From Eledone cirrhosa (taxonomy: Eukaryota): a stretch of DNA of 64,000 nucleotides. Made by a program: the position numbers and the translations under genes. Location: contig OZ024743.1 in NCBI GenBank assembly GCA_964016885.1, forward strand, positions 184,450,001-184,514,000, in the 5' to 3' direction. Below the pieces are notes generated by a model that saw only the letters and a list, made by a program, of their open reading frames with translations, was not told the origin of the DNA and ran no database searches. This document shows, one piece after another, positions 24,378 to 36,125 of the stretch; the first letter of the stretch is position 1; each line of letters begins with the position of its first letter.

Positions 24378-25740
24378 TTATTTTTTGGCTTCTTTTTCTT
24401 TTTTATTTTTTCCTGATACCGTTTCCCACTCCTCGTCGTCACAATCTGACTCCAGTTGCGATAGGTCGGGGAGTGGAAAATCCTCCACAGGCGTTGGTTT
24501 TGGTTGTGGCGTGATGGATGGTGTAGGCGCTGGTGCTAGTTCTGGCGTGTTGGGTGGTGGTGGTTTTGCTACTGTTGCTGCTACAGTTGCTTCTGTTGTT
24601 GCTGCCATTTCTGCTGCTGGTGGTGTTGATGGTTGAGTCACTGTGGTGGGTAAGAGAGGTGGCCTCAACTTTTTAGCCTGAGGGCAGAAAGCCCTTAGGT
24701 GGGTTCCTTCACCACAAACGACACACCTAGACCTTCTGCCCTCGATGATTACGGTGAGGTGGCTGCCGTCAGTGAGGTCTATTGCCTCTGGGATCTCCTC
24801 AATGCTTTTTTGGTCCGCTTGGATCAGGAGCTCCATCCCAGATCCGGACCAGTTCTCCTGCTTTTCCTTTGCTATTTCGATTATCTTGGTGTTGGCCTCG
24901 ATGCCGGCGAGGACGGCAGCCATTAGCCAGGGAATTTCGATGGCCGGTGGAACATGGGTCACCCTGATCTTCACGAGTCTCTGGTCACAATAGCTTGGGA
25001 CGAGTGTGAAGTCGTCGCTTCTTAATAGGGCCATGGAGTGCTCTCTGGTCTCCTGTGGTGTTCCAAAGAACACGTCCACGGTTCCATATTTCTTCCCACG
25101 TCTTATGTGGGTTTTTTTCGCCCACACATGTCCCAAAGCTTTTTGGATTTGGGCCTCGAATGCCCGTTCAGTCGGCGCGATTTTATGTTAATCGTCCGAT
25201 AAGACACGGTGCATAGGCGCCGATGCTCCATTTTATTAGGTGAAGGGTGAGGCTGACCCTGTACCCATCTTTCTTTACCATTCTCTTGGCTTCATCTAAT
25301 TCCTCCTGAGTTACCTGGATTGCTTCGCATTTTTTGGCTGCTTTGGCAAACGACACGGTGTTGATGTTTTTGTTGTTATTCTCATTGTTGTTGTTGCTGT
25401 TGTTGTTATTGTTGTTATTGTTATTTTTAGTTTTAGTTGTGGTGGTGGTGGCATCAGTGGTGTTCGGTGTGGAAAAGTCGATTCTGGGTGAATCCATTTC
25501 GATGTCACGAGATAATTTATTTTTTTCTTTTGTTTCTGTTGTCGCTGTGGTGGTGGTGGGGGTGGCGGCTTCAACACCTGCAGTCATTGGTAAAGGCGGG
25601 AAATGAATGTCTGCATGGGACAAATTTAAATTATTGCTACTGCTTATATTTTTAGTGTTGGCAAACGTAGTAATATTTACAATGGTGGTGTCGGTGTGAG
25701 GTGTTAGATTGTGAGCAAGGTGTGGCTGTGAGTCGTCCAT
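24378..25740 (-). pseudogene. Tx1 ORF1 (gag-like, CCHC zinc knuckle), frameshifted
   Basis: ORFs 25740-25183 and 25136-24378. SFAKAAK motif, CX2CX4HX4C knuckle and Pro/Thr-rich tail. Confidence 0.8.
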
Positions 25741-25953
25741 GATATTTCAAAGAAATTTTTTGTTTGATAATTATAAAAGTTTAAATTTTGGGCTCAAGGC
25801 CCCAATCTTTTTGAGTGTCATTTTCCGAAAGCAAATTTTGTGACCTTATAAACAGTTAACAACAAAAATTTTCCATAAATGGCAATTTTAAACAAACGAA
25901 AACAACAAACCTTTGCGGAGCTCACGATAATACGATTTCCTACGTAGGTCGCC

Positions 25954-26007
<54 letters not shown>

Positions 26008-26011
26008 TAAT
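25954..26011. repeat. (AAT)n microsatellite at the Tx1 5' flank, also the tail of the adjacent SINE
   Basis: AAT run. Confidence 0.97.
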
Positions 26012-26149
26012 TATTTCTACTATAGGCACAAGGCTTGCAATGTGCAGGGAGGGGAAAGTCGATTAAACTATTACTTGTACTTTGTTATTTCAACCTCTTA
26101 AAGATGAAAGGCAAAGCTAATCTTGGCGGAATTTGAATTCAGAACGTAA
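26012..26149 (-). mobile_element. Diverged SINE copy
   Basis: TTTCTACTATAGGCACAAGGC...GATGAAAGGCAAAG...GGCGGAATTTGAATTCAGAACGTAA. Confidence 0.75.
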
Positions 26150-26476
26150 GTTATGTAAATTAGTAATGTTATTAGTACTACAAGTAGTGTATTCTTATAT
26201 ATCACTCATTATCATCATATTTACTACATTAATTAATTTATTATTGTCACCACTGTTTTGTTGTTGTTATCATCATCATCATTAACTTTGTTGTTGGATC
26301 TCTGAAGACGTAGGTGAATATCGCATCATAAGTTTTGTTGATTTCCAAGTATTTACAATGTATTCATTGTTACATTTTAGTACAAATTTTAGATAGGACA
26401 CCACACATTGCCTTGTAAAAAGGAGACTCTAAAATATTTGAACTTGGTCTTTTTTAAATTTTTTTTCTGTAAAACA

Positions 26477-27100
26477 TGGACAGTGTACGATCCCCAACGT
26501 TAAGTCAGCTGTCACGTGACAGCGGCTCAAACGTCTAGCGGAGTGACACCGCACCCACTACCATTTATGGTAGTATTGCCAAAAACAACCACGACCGCAG
26601 CACCAACAACGAAATCCCAACCTAAATGTCCCGGCCGGAGTAATGGCGGCAACACAAAGGAGAACTTTAATTTTTAGATGCATCTCAAAACAAACCCGCA
26701 AAGCAGAATCAGAAGTGAAGGCTGCACTGAAATGCACCAGAGAAGACATTGAGTACATAGCAAGGGGCAGAGAGCTCGACACCATCTCAGTGTTATTCAA
26801 AACCGAAGCCTTGCTATCAAACTTGGGCTGCATTGTAATGTACCCGGCCCACATGGGCAAAAAAGCTGTAAAGGTCCGCATTCCCAGAGTGCCGCCAGGA
26901 TTAGATTTATGGTGACTCCTGGGATGCATGATTGCGGAAAGTACCCACGGTACTCACATAGACATCACAAAAACAGCAAGAGAAGACTAGTTCGGGGTGG
27001 ATTTGGAGATTATTCTCTAAATCAAGCAGGATCAGCTCAAGAACATCCCGGATCATGTCCGACTGCAGGACGGGTCTGCAATACAAGTGGTCACTGATAT
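26477..27100 (+). pseudogene. Tx1-like ORF1 fragment (third family)
   Basis: IARGRELDTISVLF, KAVKVRIPRVPP and IPDHVRLQDGS parallel GKKYGTVDVFF, LVKIRVTHVPP and IPEAIDLTDGS in the Tx1 ORF1 at 24378-25136. Confidence 0.65.
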
Positions 27101-27196
27101 AAAACAGGAGAGAGGGAGTGGTCCGGCGTGCTGGTGTTGAGGGGTTCCACCATGTAGATTATCCAACAGTCAATTGTATAAATAACCCACCTTTAC

Positions 27197-27201
<5 letters not shown>

Positions 27202-27284
<83 letters not shown>

Positions 27285-27296
27285 CTCTCTCTCTCT
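27202..27296. repeat. (CT)n microsatellite
   Basis: CT run. Confidence 0.98.
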
Positions 27297-27299
27297 TAA

Positions 27300-27390
27300 G
27301 GAACCAGCGATAGAGAGACGCAAAGTAAGTACGAATGCCTCCGGCTACAAGCTATTTGGACTTACCTTGCGTCTCTCTATCGCTGGTTCC
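27300..27390. repeat. 31-bp inverted repeat with 29-nt loop
   Basis: GGAACCAGCGATAGAGAGACGCAAAGTAAGT ... ACTTACCTTGCGTCTCTCTATCGCTGGTTCC, 1 mismatch. Confidence 0.93.
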
Positions 27391-27429
27391 GCCGTCCACG
27401 TGGGATACTTTCCACTCGCGTCTGTTTTC

Positions 27430-30400
27430 ACACGTCCGTCACCTTGCCGGGCCTGTAGCTAAGAGAGGGCTGTTCACGGCCTGATCCCTCAAGTCTCCCC
27501 CATCCTCCTGCTTCCGGTCAGGCGTCCCCAACTTCCGGCAATCCCCCTCCCACGGCAGCTCTACACCCCCCTCTATCTCGCGGCAGTCCCCCCCCCCCCT
27601 GATCTCAAAGATCAATCCCCCCATCACACTGCTCCATCTCAAAATCCGCCATCCACCTTGGTTGGCGGCGGCCTGGTTGCGATCTCCACACTGTTGGGGC
27701 GGCACTTTCGTTTTCTTCTTCCTCGGAGTCCGTCACCACAACGACTCATGTGCAATGCGCGTTCGGGGGCTTGACCCATACCTCTTCGCCCACTTGTACG
27801 AATGTGCTCACTCTCTCCACCGGTTGCTGTGGTACCGTGCATGGGTGTCGCCATTCATATCTATATATTGCCCTGTGCGGCACCAACTCCTCGGTCTGTC
27901 CCACCCGAGAAGACATGTTGTACCAGAACACTGTCACCATTGACGAAATGTGCCCCCTTTCCGCCATGGCCTTGATCGTGCGATGGTCTCTCTCCGTGAT
28001 CCCATTTCCGCTCGGCCTGTATGCCGCTCTGTTAGAAGCGGTTCACCTTCCACTTGTCAAGTATTTCCCTCAGCGCATCCGAGCGAAACGCCGTGCTGTT
28101 GTCCATCAGCAGTTCATCCACAAGGCTCCGCTCCAAGAATATCTCTCTCAGCATCCGCACGATTTCCTCCGCAATCTCTGTCTTCATTTCCCTCCATGCC
28201 GCCATCCGTCTCGGCCCACAATCAACCATCGAAAGATACGTTCCTTGTCGGTAGTGTGTCGCGTCCACCGCTAATCGCTTCCAGTTGTGCTCCACCGGGA
28301 TGCTTCCTGTCTCGTGCACACTCGAGGCAGGGTCGATAGACTGGCATCTGTTGCAACTCCGACCACTCTCTGGACACTCTGTCTGCTAACATCAGATTCG
28401 ATTCTTCTGGCTAGGAATAGGGTCCTATCCACTCCTATGTGGTGCATGGCGTGCAGTCCCCTCAACTCCGAATCACTCAGCCGACATACTACCGCTATCC
28501 CCTTCTCTGCGTCCCTTGGCGTTTTCAGCCAGGCTTTCTTCACCCTGGTTAATAAGTCTGCCCTGTTTTTCTCTGAGGATAGAAAAACTACACTCAACTC
28601 CAGGCCGAACTCGGTGGACAGCTCTCCCAGAGTTCCTAGGTGGCGCTTTATCAACATTTCTGCTGCCCCTCTCGTTCGCACCATCCTCTTACTGGTAAGC
28701 ACTGATCTCACCCATCCAAGTACAATGGCCGAGTCAGTGCGAATTTTTATGGAGCGCAGCCCCCATCTCAGGGCGAGATTCACTCCTCTCAGCACAGCAT
28801 CCAGTTCGGCCACGTTGATGTGGTGGTAGTCCTCCTTCTTCCTGAGCCAGGCTGCATCCTCGACCTCGACGCCCCCTATCTCCAGAGTAACCCCTATTGC
28901 TATGCTGCTGGCATCACACCATATGATCCCGCTCTCCGATTTGGGGACGTACCAGCGTCCTCTCACTGGGTCATCCGCCTTTACCCTCTCCACGATTCCC
29001 TGCATCATGTCCACTGTCCTCTCTCCAATCCTGTCACCCCAGCTCACTCCGCCTTCCTGTCTCTTGACATAGCTGCATGCCGTCCGGAGCCACCCTGCGA
29101 TCGGATAGTGGCCCACCAATTTACCACACATTGAGAAGAGTTGCCGTCTATTCATATCGGGGCCCAGTTTAGGGACTTCGTTACCCCTCCGAAACACCAG
29201 TGTGCCCGTCTTATCCCTTTACAGCCTGAGTCCTAGCGCCGCTCTTCCCATCGCCTCCGGCGGTTTCGCGGTCAACCCGAACCTTCCCAAATGGCCTGAG
29301 ACCGCTGCTGCTGACACCACCATCTCGTCCACCAAGATGTCGTCGATGTAGGAGTTGGTGGCCCTCTTAACCTTGTCTGCTTTCCCCAGAATGGCCTTAA
29401 GGACCGTCACCATGATTTTTGGCGCAGAGTTCAACCCGAAGCCAAGCCTGGTCAGGCAGTATGTCTGGCCCTTATACCTGTCCAGCTGATATTCCACAGC
29501 TTCTCATCCACATGTAACTGCAGATATGCCGACTTTAAGTCGACAATCGTGGAGGCCTCCGTCATTCATCGCCACTCTCGCAAAGTTTCCCCGCAAACAT
29601 TCGTGACCTCAGCGCCTGTGTGGCATGACACATGTTCGTTCAGTTCACGAAAGTCCAGCACCATTAGCGGCAACACTCCACACTTCACCTCCTCCTTCCA
29701 AGGAAGCAGTACACCCTCCTCGGTCCATCTCTGTACCTCTCCCTCAAACTAGCTTCTGGCATTTCCTTTCAGGGTATGCTGATAGCAGCCCACTCTAATC
29801 TTCAGCGTTGGTGGATCTCCTTTCCAGTACCACTCAACTACGTACCGCTGCCCATCGAACACCGCCCTGAAATCCTTGTCCTGTATGGTATTTTCTTCGT
29901 GATCTCCCTGTTTTTCGTGGATTCTCCCAGCACACTCACAGCATATGATGTCCTCTCGCTACCAAACGTCACCCCGACTTCACTCACTGTAACACCTCCA
30001 AGGCAGCCAATCGCATCAATGCCCATTACTACATCGATTCCGTCAACCACCTGGTCAATCACGATCGCCCAAAGCCTAATTTTTCTTCCCCGTACCACCA
30101 TCGACACTTTGTCGGTACCTCTGCATCTAATCTCCCTACCGTCGACTGCCCTTATACTGCTCATCCCGCTCCACTTTTTAACCACCTCCGTGGTCACTTG
30201 TGTTGTCGTGCAACCCATGTCCACGAGTGCTCGCGATGCCCACTCCCCCACACACACACCAGAACTTCCACTACGGACAGCGACTGCAAAGGGGCCTCTA
30301 CTCGCTTCCAGGGGTGGCTACCGGCGCAGTAGTCCTCCTTAGACCATTTCCCTGGTTGCAATTATAAGCGATGTAGCCTGGTCGCTTGCAGCGATAGCAG

Positions 30401-31063
30401 ACTATGGTTGGCTTCGGCTCTCTGCAGTCCCTTGCCATGTGCGGGCCCTGGCACCTGAAGCACCGGCCTCCGAATGCACGCGGACCACTATTCACAGCGG
30501 CTGGTCTCCTTTCGTCATACGTCGGTTGCTGTCGAATGCCATGGGCTTCCATTGCTGCCAGCGCTGCAACACTCCACCTCGTGCCCTGTGTTATTTCGTG
30601 GGCCTGTGCGATGAGCTCGCTCATGCTCATCTCCCTGTTGCTGAGCAGCTGTTGGAGCTTCATGGAGATTTCGTCGGGGAACCCGTTCATAAAAGCCAAC
30701 CGCACAGCGCATTCGCGTTCTACCGCGAATCTGGCCAACGTAGCAACAACTCTGTCGTGAACACGTCCACGTGCTCTCCCTGCCATCTCGCTCTGCCTAG
30801 CTTGGCAAAAGCAGCGTACGGCCCCCTCGGTGAACGCTTCCTTAAGTCGCTGCCCTATCCTCTCTGCGTTCAGTTGGGCTCTCGTCTATCTCGAGGTACA
30901 GTGCTAGGGCATCCCCGTCGAGATATAGACCGATCAAACCAGCAACATTGTCAATGCCTTGCAGCGAGGCAACCATTGTAACCTTTCTCAAACAGGCCAC
31001 AACATCTCCTTCGCCGTTAAAAGCCTTAATCGTCTCGCTATTCAATCTCAGTTTCGCCGCCAT
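27430..31063 (-). mobile_element. Ty3/Gypsy LTR retrotransposon internal region (gag-PR-RT-RNaseH-IN), frameshifted; LTRs not identified
   Basis: gag start MAAKLRLN..FNGEGDV, knuckles CFRCQGPHMARDC and CYRCKRPGYIAYNC, protease ALVDMGC, RT RLGFGLNSAP and YIDDILV, RNase H WCDASS and HINVAELDA, integrase HHIGVDRT, LAVDATHY and LLMDNSTAF, in Gypsy order. Confidence 0.9.
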
Positions 31064-31779
31064 CTCCCCTGCCAGATCGGGAAAAAGTCAACACTTTTTG
31101 TTTTCTCATTGTTTTTGTATAAGAAAAAAAATTTTCTTCCACCGTTTTTGGTACATTTCAAAATTCTTTCCTCAATTTCAACTTCTTTTCTCCAATGTTA
31201 TAATATCTCACTGTTCTATTTTGTACTTTTATTGAATTTACTATTTTAAATGTTTACACATACACAACATCCATCTTAACATCTCACACACATGTCCACA
31301 CAAACACAGATTTTATATCTCTTTTACCTCACTCCCAACCTCCTATTCCCGTATGGTCCACACAGTCTTCTTACCTGCTCATCTCATGCTAGATTAAACA
31401 TTGGTTGTCAGTTTTTAAAAATGTCACCAGATTTAAATCTAAATTATTTTAAGGTCATGTGCTGAGTGACCAGGAGACCTGCATGGTTAAAAGATTTCAT
31501 AACATCCTATCATCCTTCATTCTCCCGTTCCCCAACACACCCTCCTCATTCTATAAGAGCTAACTTGTGTCTCCTATATCTCTCCTCCTTCCTCTATCAT
31601 CGGATTCAATCGAAAATAACCATATTCATCCCCTTATTCACCCCATTCCCGTAACAGTTAGCTTGCCTCCAACGCCAGCTGCCCCAACTAAGTCCCACTG
31701 CCAGAGTTAATGTTGTTCACTCCGTTCCTCCCCTCTATCATTAACCTACCCCCACCGTCTCGTCTTCTAACGCTGACCC

Positions 31780-34030
31780 CTCTGATGCTGCCAATTCACA
31801 ACCAAACTATGCTCTCTGCTCCTGTACCAGTCGATATCTAAAGACAATCGAATGTCATTCATGTAGCCTAAGCTATCACAAGAGCTGCATTTGGCATTAC
31901 TAAGGTTCAAGCCGAAAGTTATACAAACTGGATGTGTAACCAATGCTACTTCAGCTCCGCTTGCTTTGCAGGCCAGAACCTTGCTCTGACGTCCAGATCC
32001 CTGTTGAGGATTTTGCTGCTGCACTCTGGCACTTGTCTAAGTTGAAATTCATCAACCGGATCCCAAAGGGAGCTCGGACCAGTTTCGCCCATGCTCTCTC
32101 CAAATTGTTGAAGAACATCTGCCTATCCAACACCTCAGAATGGCAGAAACTGTTCTTATTTCCCTCTAGTTTCTCTCCACGTGTCTAACGCGTAAACCGG
32201 ATCCCTCACATCTCTAAAACGGCTGTTCAAGCTATTTGAGTCCACCCCAACTACTGCTCATCTCAGATCAGTGATCAACTCAGTCACAAACAATGGACGA
32301 TCACCGAACTTAAAGAAAGCCGTCAATGCCAAATTCAACGACATTATAAGGTCTGTTCGCCTTTTCTCTCTGCTCCCCCCTCGCTCAAAGCTCTACTGAT
32401 TCACTCAATCGACTGAAGGAGAAACATCCTCCAGCCCAAGGGATGACCACTTACACTGGCCCGACCCACCAGGTTATTTACAATCTGTCACACCCCAGTT
32501 GACATCAAGAAGGTGATTGTATCTTTTCCTGCGACTTCTGGCGCATAGAATGATGGTCTACGACCTCAGCACTTCATGGATGATATCTCTTTGTCGGTTA
32601 AAGATGCCGGCCATGAGCTCTTGAAGATCCTAACCCAATTTGTTAACATGTTCTTGTCCGAGAGTGTCCTCTCTTACATTCAGACCCTGTTATTTGGGGC
32701 TAAACTGTTTCGCCTCACAAAGTCCAATGGTCGCCTCCACCCCATGGCAGCTGGGTGTACTCTGCGATGGCTCACTCCAAAAATGTGTCTGTCCTCAATA
32801 TCAAACAGCCTGTCCACCGAATTTTCCCCTATTCAGCTAGGGGTGGGTACCATACTGGGTTGTGCGGCTGCCGCTCACATCACCAGAGCATTTACCAACT
32901 TGCCTTCTGAAACGCCCAAGATTATCCTCAAACTGGATTTCAGGAACGCCTTCAATTCCATCAGTTGGGATATAATCTTCCATTCAGTAAACGAGAGCGC
33001 CCCGCAGCTATACCACTTTTCTTAGCAAGCCTATCGGGGCCCTTCTACCACGTCTTCGGTGACCATTTCATGCTATTTGTCTTAGGTGTCCAACAGGGTG
33101 ACCCGCTCGGACCTGCTCTTTTCGCTGGGTATTGATGACGTCACCAAGATGGGAGTTGACATGGATTTGAGTGTCTAGTATCTGGATGGGGGGGGGGTCC
33201 TCCAGATAAGACCATTGCAGCCGCGTAGTCAATATTTGAGGAATTGGGACGTAAGGGCCTTCATGTTCCAAATGTGAGCTCTGCCTCCTCAACCACCCAG
33301 CTTCACATCAGTAGACAGTAAAACTGTTTACAGAGAACTTCCCTTCTATCGCGGTTTCTCCCTCATCAGCGTGGTGCATTCTTGGAGCCCCAATTACTGA
33401 CCAAGCCTTCGAGTCCATCTTTCAATCTAAGTAGGCTAACGACAAGGCTACTGAAATTCACCAAGGTTTTTTTTTATACTTAGGAATTACTCGTCGATTC
33501 CTAAATTGTTGTATTTCCTCAGAGTTAGTCTTTTACAGATTCTTGCCGTCTTACCAATGCTTTGACGACTTAATCTTAAGTGAACTCAAGGGTTTGGTCA
33601 ATGTCAGACTCTTTCCAGAGTCCCGTGACCAGGCTGCTTTGCCCAAACGGTTTGGAGGTCTCTGTCTCTACCTTGCTTTCTTTCTTCCATCCACCCTTGC
33701 ACCCCTTTAGTGAGTAACAACCTCTCCTTTCCAACATGGACTAGTTCCACCAGGGAGTTGGGTGAAGCTTTACTACAGTAGAGAGAGCTGGGTTTGTCAG
33801 TTCCTAATACTAACTAGGATAGAAGGAAGCAGAGAATATGGGACAATTTGCGTTCGACCGATACCTTCAACTCTCTCTTGAATCAATCTGATCAATTTTC
33901 AAAGTTCCACTTACTTTCTGCAAGCGCAAAATTATCGGGAGACTGGGTTGATGCCGTACCTGTTGCCAACATTGGTGGTTTTCTCAATCTGGACGAACTC
34001 CGCATCACCATTGCACTCCGAGTGGGAGCC
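31780..34030 (+). mobile_element. CRE-clade non-LTR retrotransposon RT region, heavily degraded
   Basis: RIPKGAR, GLRPQHF, GRLHPMAAG, QLGVG, LKLDFRNAFNSI, GVQQGDPLGP, YLDG, QAALP..GGL, SGDWVDAVP..LRITIALRVG. Confidence 0.8.
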
Positions 34031-34044
34031 GCAGAAAGCCATCG

Positions 34045-34213
34045 AGGTAGGCTTTCCGCGGCTCTCAGCGAGGGAGGAGGAATATTGCAAAAAACCGATA
34101 GCAGTCGAGGAAATATGGGATAGCTGTGGTTTGGAATTAATATAGTTAAACACCATAGATATTTTATCTTGAGAAGTTTGTGGCTGTTTGTCTTTTTCTT
34201 TTGCCGCACCCTG
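34045..34213 (+). mobile_element. Possible Tc1/mariner terminus
   Basis: Ends TTTTGCCGCACCCTG|TA, a CAGGGTG-type TIR with TA. The CRE sequence stops just before it. Confidence 0.5.
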
Positions 34214-34899
34214 TATACATGTTTAACACGCATCGCTTGGCAGCTATTACCACCTTTTATGCCGTACCTTCAACTTTTGTTCATAAGTTATATCAACCAG
34301 AAACCTGACGTCAGAAACGTTTTCAATGAACGATGGATCCAACTATCATTATTCAATGGTGAAAACAATAAACTTGTCTTTTTTAAAAGTACAAATCCAT
34401 AGTCACTATATATATGAAGAAAAGCTACTTGTACATTCCCATCCACCCTATCTAGTTATGAAAGACAAATAAACAACCAAAATTGTTACAAATGCTAGGC
34501 ATCAGTCTTTGTTGTTTAACTACTATGGCAGCCCTAATAAAGCAGAATTATGATAAATGACATTCCATTTTGTTTGTTTGTTTGTTGGTTGTTTTTTTCA
34601 TAAATGTATTCAAAGCCAGAACCCCATCCAGCCTATCCTTTTTGAGACACGGAGATGTAATTTGAGGGAGATCTGGCTACAATACGTTACTACATCGAAT
34701 GACTACATAGAGGATCTCTCGTGGTGAGTTCTAAGTACCTGGAAGCCAGAACCACATTATTCAGCCTGTCCCATTTTAAAAGTGTAATTTGAGGGAGATT
34801 TGGTTACTGTTTCTAACAGACTGAGTGACCACATACAGTCTTTCTTGCTGGCTGGATAATCTCTGAGGATATGTTATGGTGACCCCAAAATATATAACA

Positions 34900-35660
34900 T
34901 CGTTAAAAACCGCATCAGAAAGACTAAAATATTTGTTTGGAACCAGAAAAAAAACTCCAACCCCGATCAGTTGCATATACACAACACAAGTAACGCCCAC
35001 ATTTGAGTACTATTCATGTGTTTAACCAGAAAGTGTGTCGGCGTCTGTTGGTAACAGTTATTAAAATCCTCCGTTAAACATATTTTGCAACAGCAATATT
35101 AGGACCACGTATGGGAGGGATCAAACAAGGCCATTGGTCCAACCGTGAAAAAATTAGCTCCTTAAAGCCGAACTCTAATAAGGTCATTGTCGACAACAGT
35201 AAACAATTGGAAAGGTAGGTAGAGCATTGCTTAGAAGTGTTGTCCACAGAGAATACAGTATATGAGAAAAGTCTCGCCTGTACTACCAGTACTTCTGGAG
35301 CTTGATACTTAACCAAAAGCAGAACTAGGAAAAAAAACACCAACACTCTCGCCAGAGGTAAAGCTCCAGGAAATTATGCCATCCTGCTTGAAATCACCAA
35401 AGATGGAAAAAAAATCATCACTTCTGCCACATCTCATGAAAGATGCAAAGGTTATCACCCAGTTCAATAATATGTATAACTGACTAAAACACATACGTGG
35501 AATATCCCTACTTGTTGGTAATGTCTCTAGATTACAGATAAGAAGCAGTGTAGCTTTCAATCAGACCGATTAATCACTAATATTTTCTGAGACAACTCCA
35601 AGAAAAATAGAGAGCAACATCAACCACTGTAGCTTAGTTTTGTTGATATAATAAATGCTT
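34900..35660 (+). mobile_element. Old RTE-clade LINE fragment
   Basis: Remnant motifs KAPGNYAI, MKDAKVIT, RGISLL, REQHQPL.LSFVD. Confidence 0.55.
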
Positions 35661-35727
35661 CTATATCGATATAATAGATTTCCCTTCCCCACAAAACTTC
35701 TGACCTTGAGCCTAGATTAGAACCCAT

Positions 35728-35912
35728 TTTGGCAGTATCGGTAGAAGGTCAGACGCCATGCTTTTTAGCACAGTTACGTCCCTATACGGACTGAGTTCAA
35801 ATCCCGCCGAGGTTAACTTTGCCTTTCATCCTTACGGGGTCGATAAAATATAGTACCAGTAATGTACTGGGTAATTGCTGGCCTTGTGCCAAAAGTAGAA
35901 ACAATTATTATT
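35728..35912 (+). mobile_element. tRNA-derived SINE, near complete (MetaSINE-like)
   Basis: A box TGGCAGTATCGG, B box GAGTTCAAATCC, core GTTAACTTTGCCTTTCATCCTTACGGGGTCGATAAAAT..AGTACCAG, tail GGCCTTGTGCCAAAAGTAGAAACAATTATTATT. Confidence 0.88.
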
Positions 35913-36064
35913 ACGAGTTCAGATATCGGCGTTTCTAAGGGCATTTTTATACCTGGCGGAGCCCATCCCCTCTCCAGGCCTGGGTACAGCAGATATCTTC
36001 CATGAAAGGATAGAAAGTGAGAGAAAGGAAGTGAGAAAGGTATATAGAGAAAGAATCGATTCTA

Positions 36065-36125
36065 GTAATACACTGGTACTTTTTTTATCGACCGCGAATG
36101 AATGAAAGGCGATGTTGACCTCACT
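36065..36125 (-). mobile_element. SINE core fragment
   Basis: CTGGTACTTTTTTATCGACC..GAATGAAAGGCGATGTTGACCTC. Confidence 0.6.

Larger units (their letters stand above)
20160..25953 (-). mobile_element. Tx1/L1-clade LINE, apparently full length (5' UTR, ORF1, ORF2, 3' UTR), with frameshifts
   Basis: ORF1 25740-~23820 has a CVVCGEGTHLRAFC knuckle. ORF2 from about 23800 to 20410 has APE (501-aa piece), RT YADD and CPRC..H..C. AATAAA precedes the (ATT)n tail and (AAT)n lies on both flanks. Homologous to 2976-8536. Confidence 0.92.

Noticed and set aside
27140-27200. 48-bp TGTAG...CTACA segment followed on minus by TGGTGG, as a possible Gypsy LTR and PBS
   Set aside because: Too short, and no second copy near the gag start at 31063
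31466-31654. RRPAWLKDF motif resembling a Gypsy integrase C-terminus
   Set aside because: Isolated 9-aa match on the opposite strand to the Gypsy element, with no supporting domains
35728-35810. tRNA gene (A and B boxes)
   Set aside because: No cloverleaf or terminator, and it continues into a SINE body present in multiple copies
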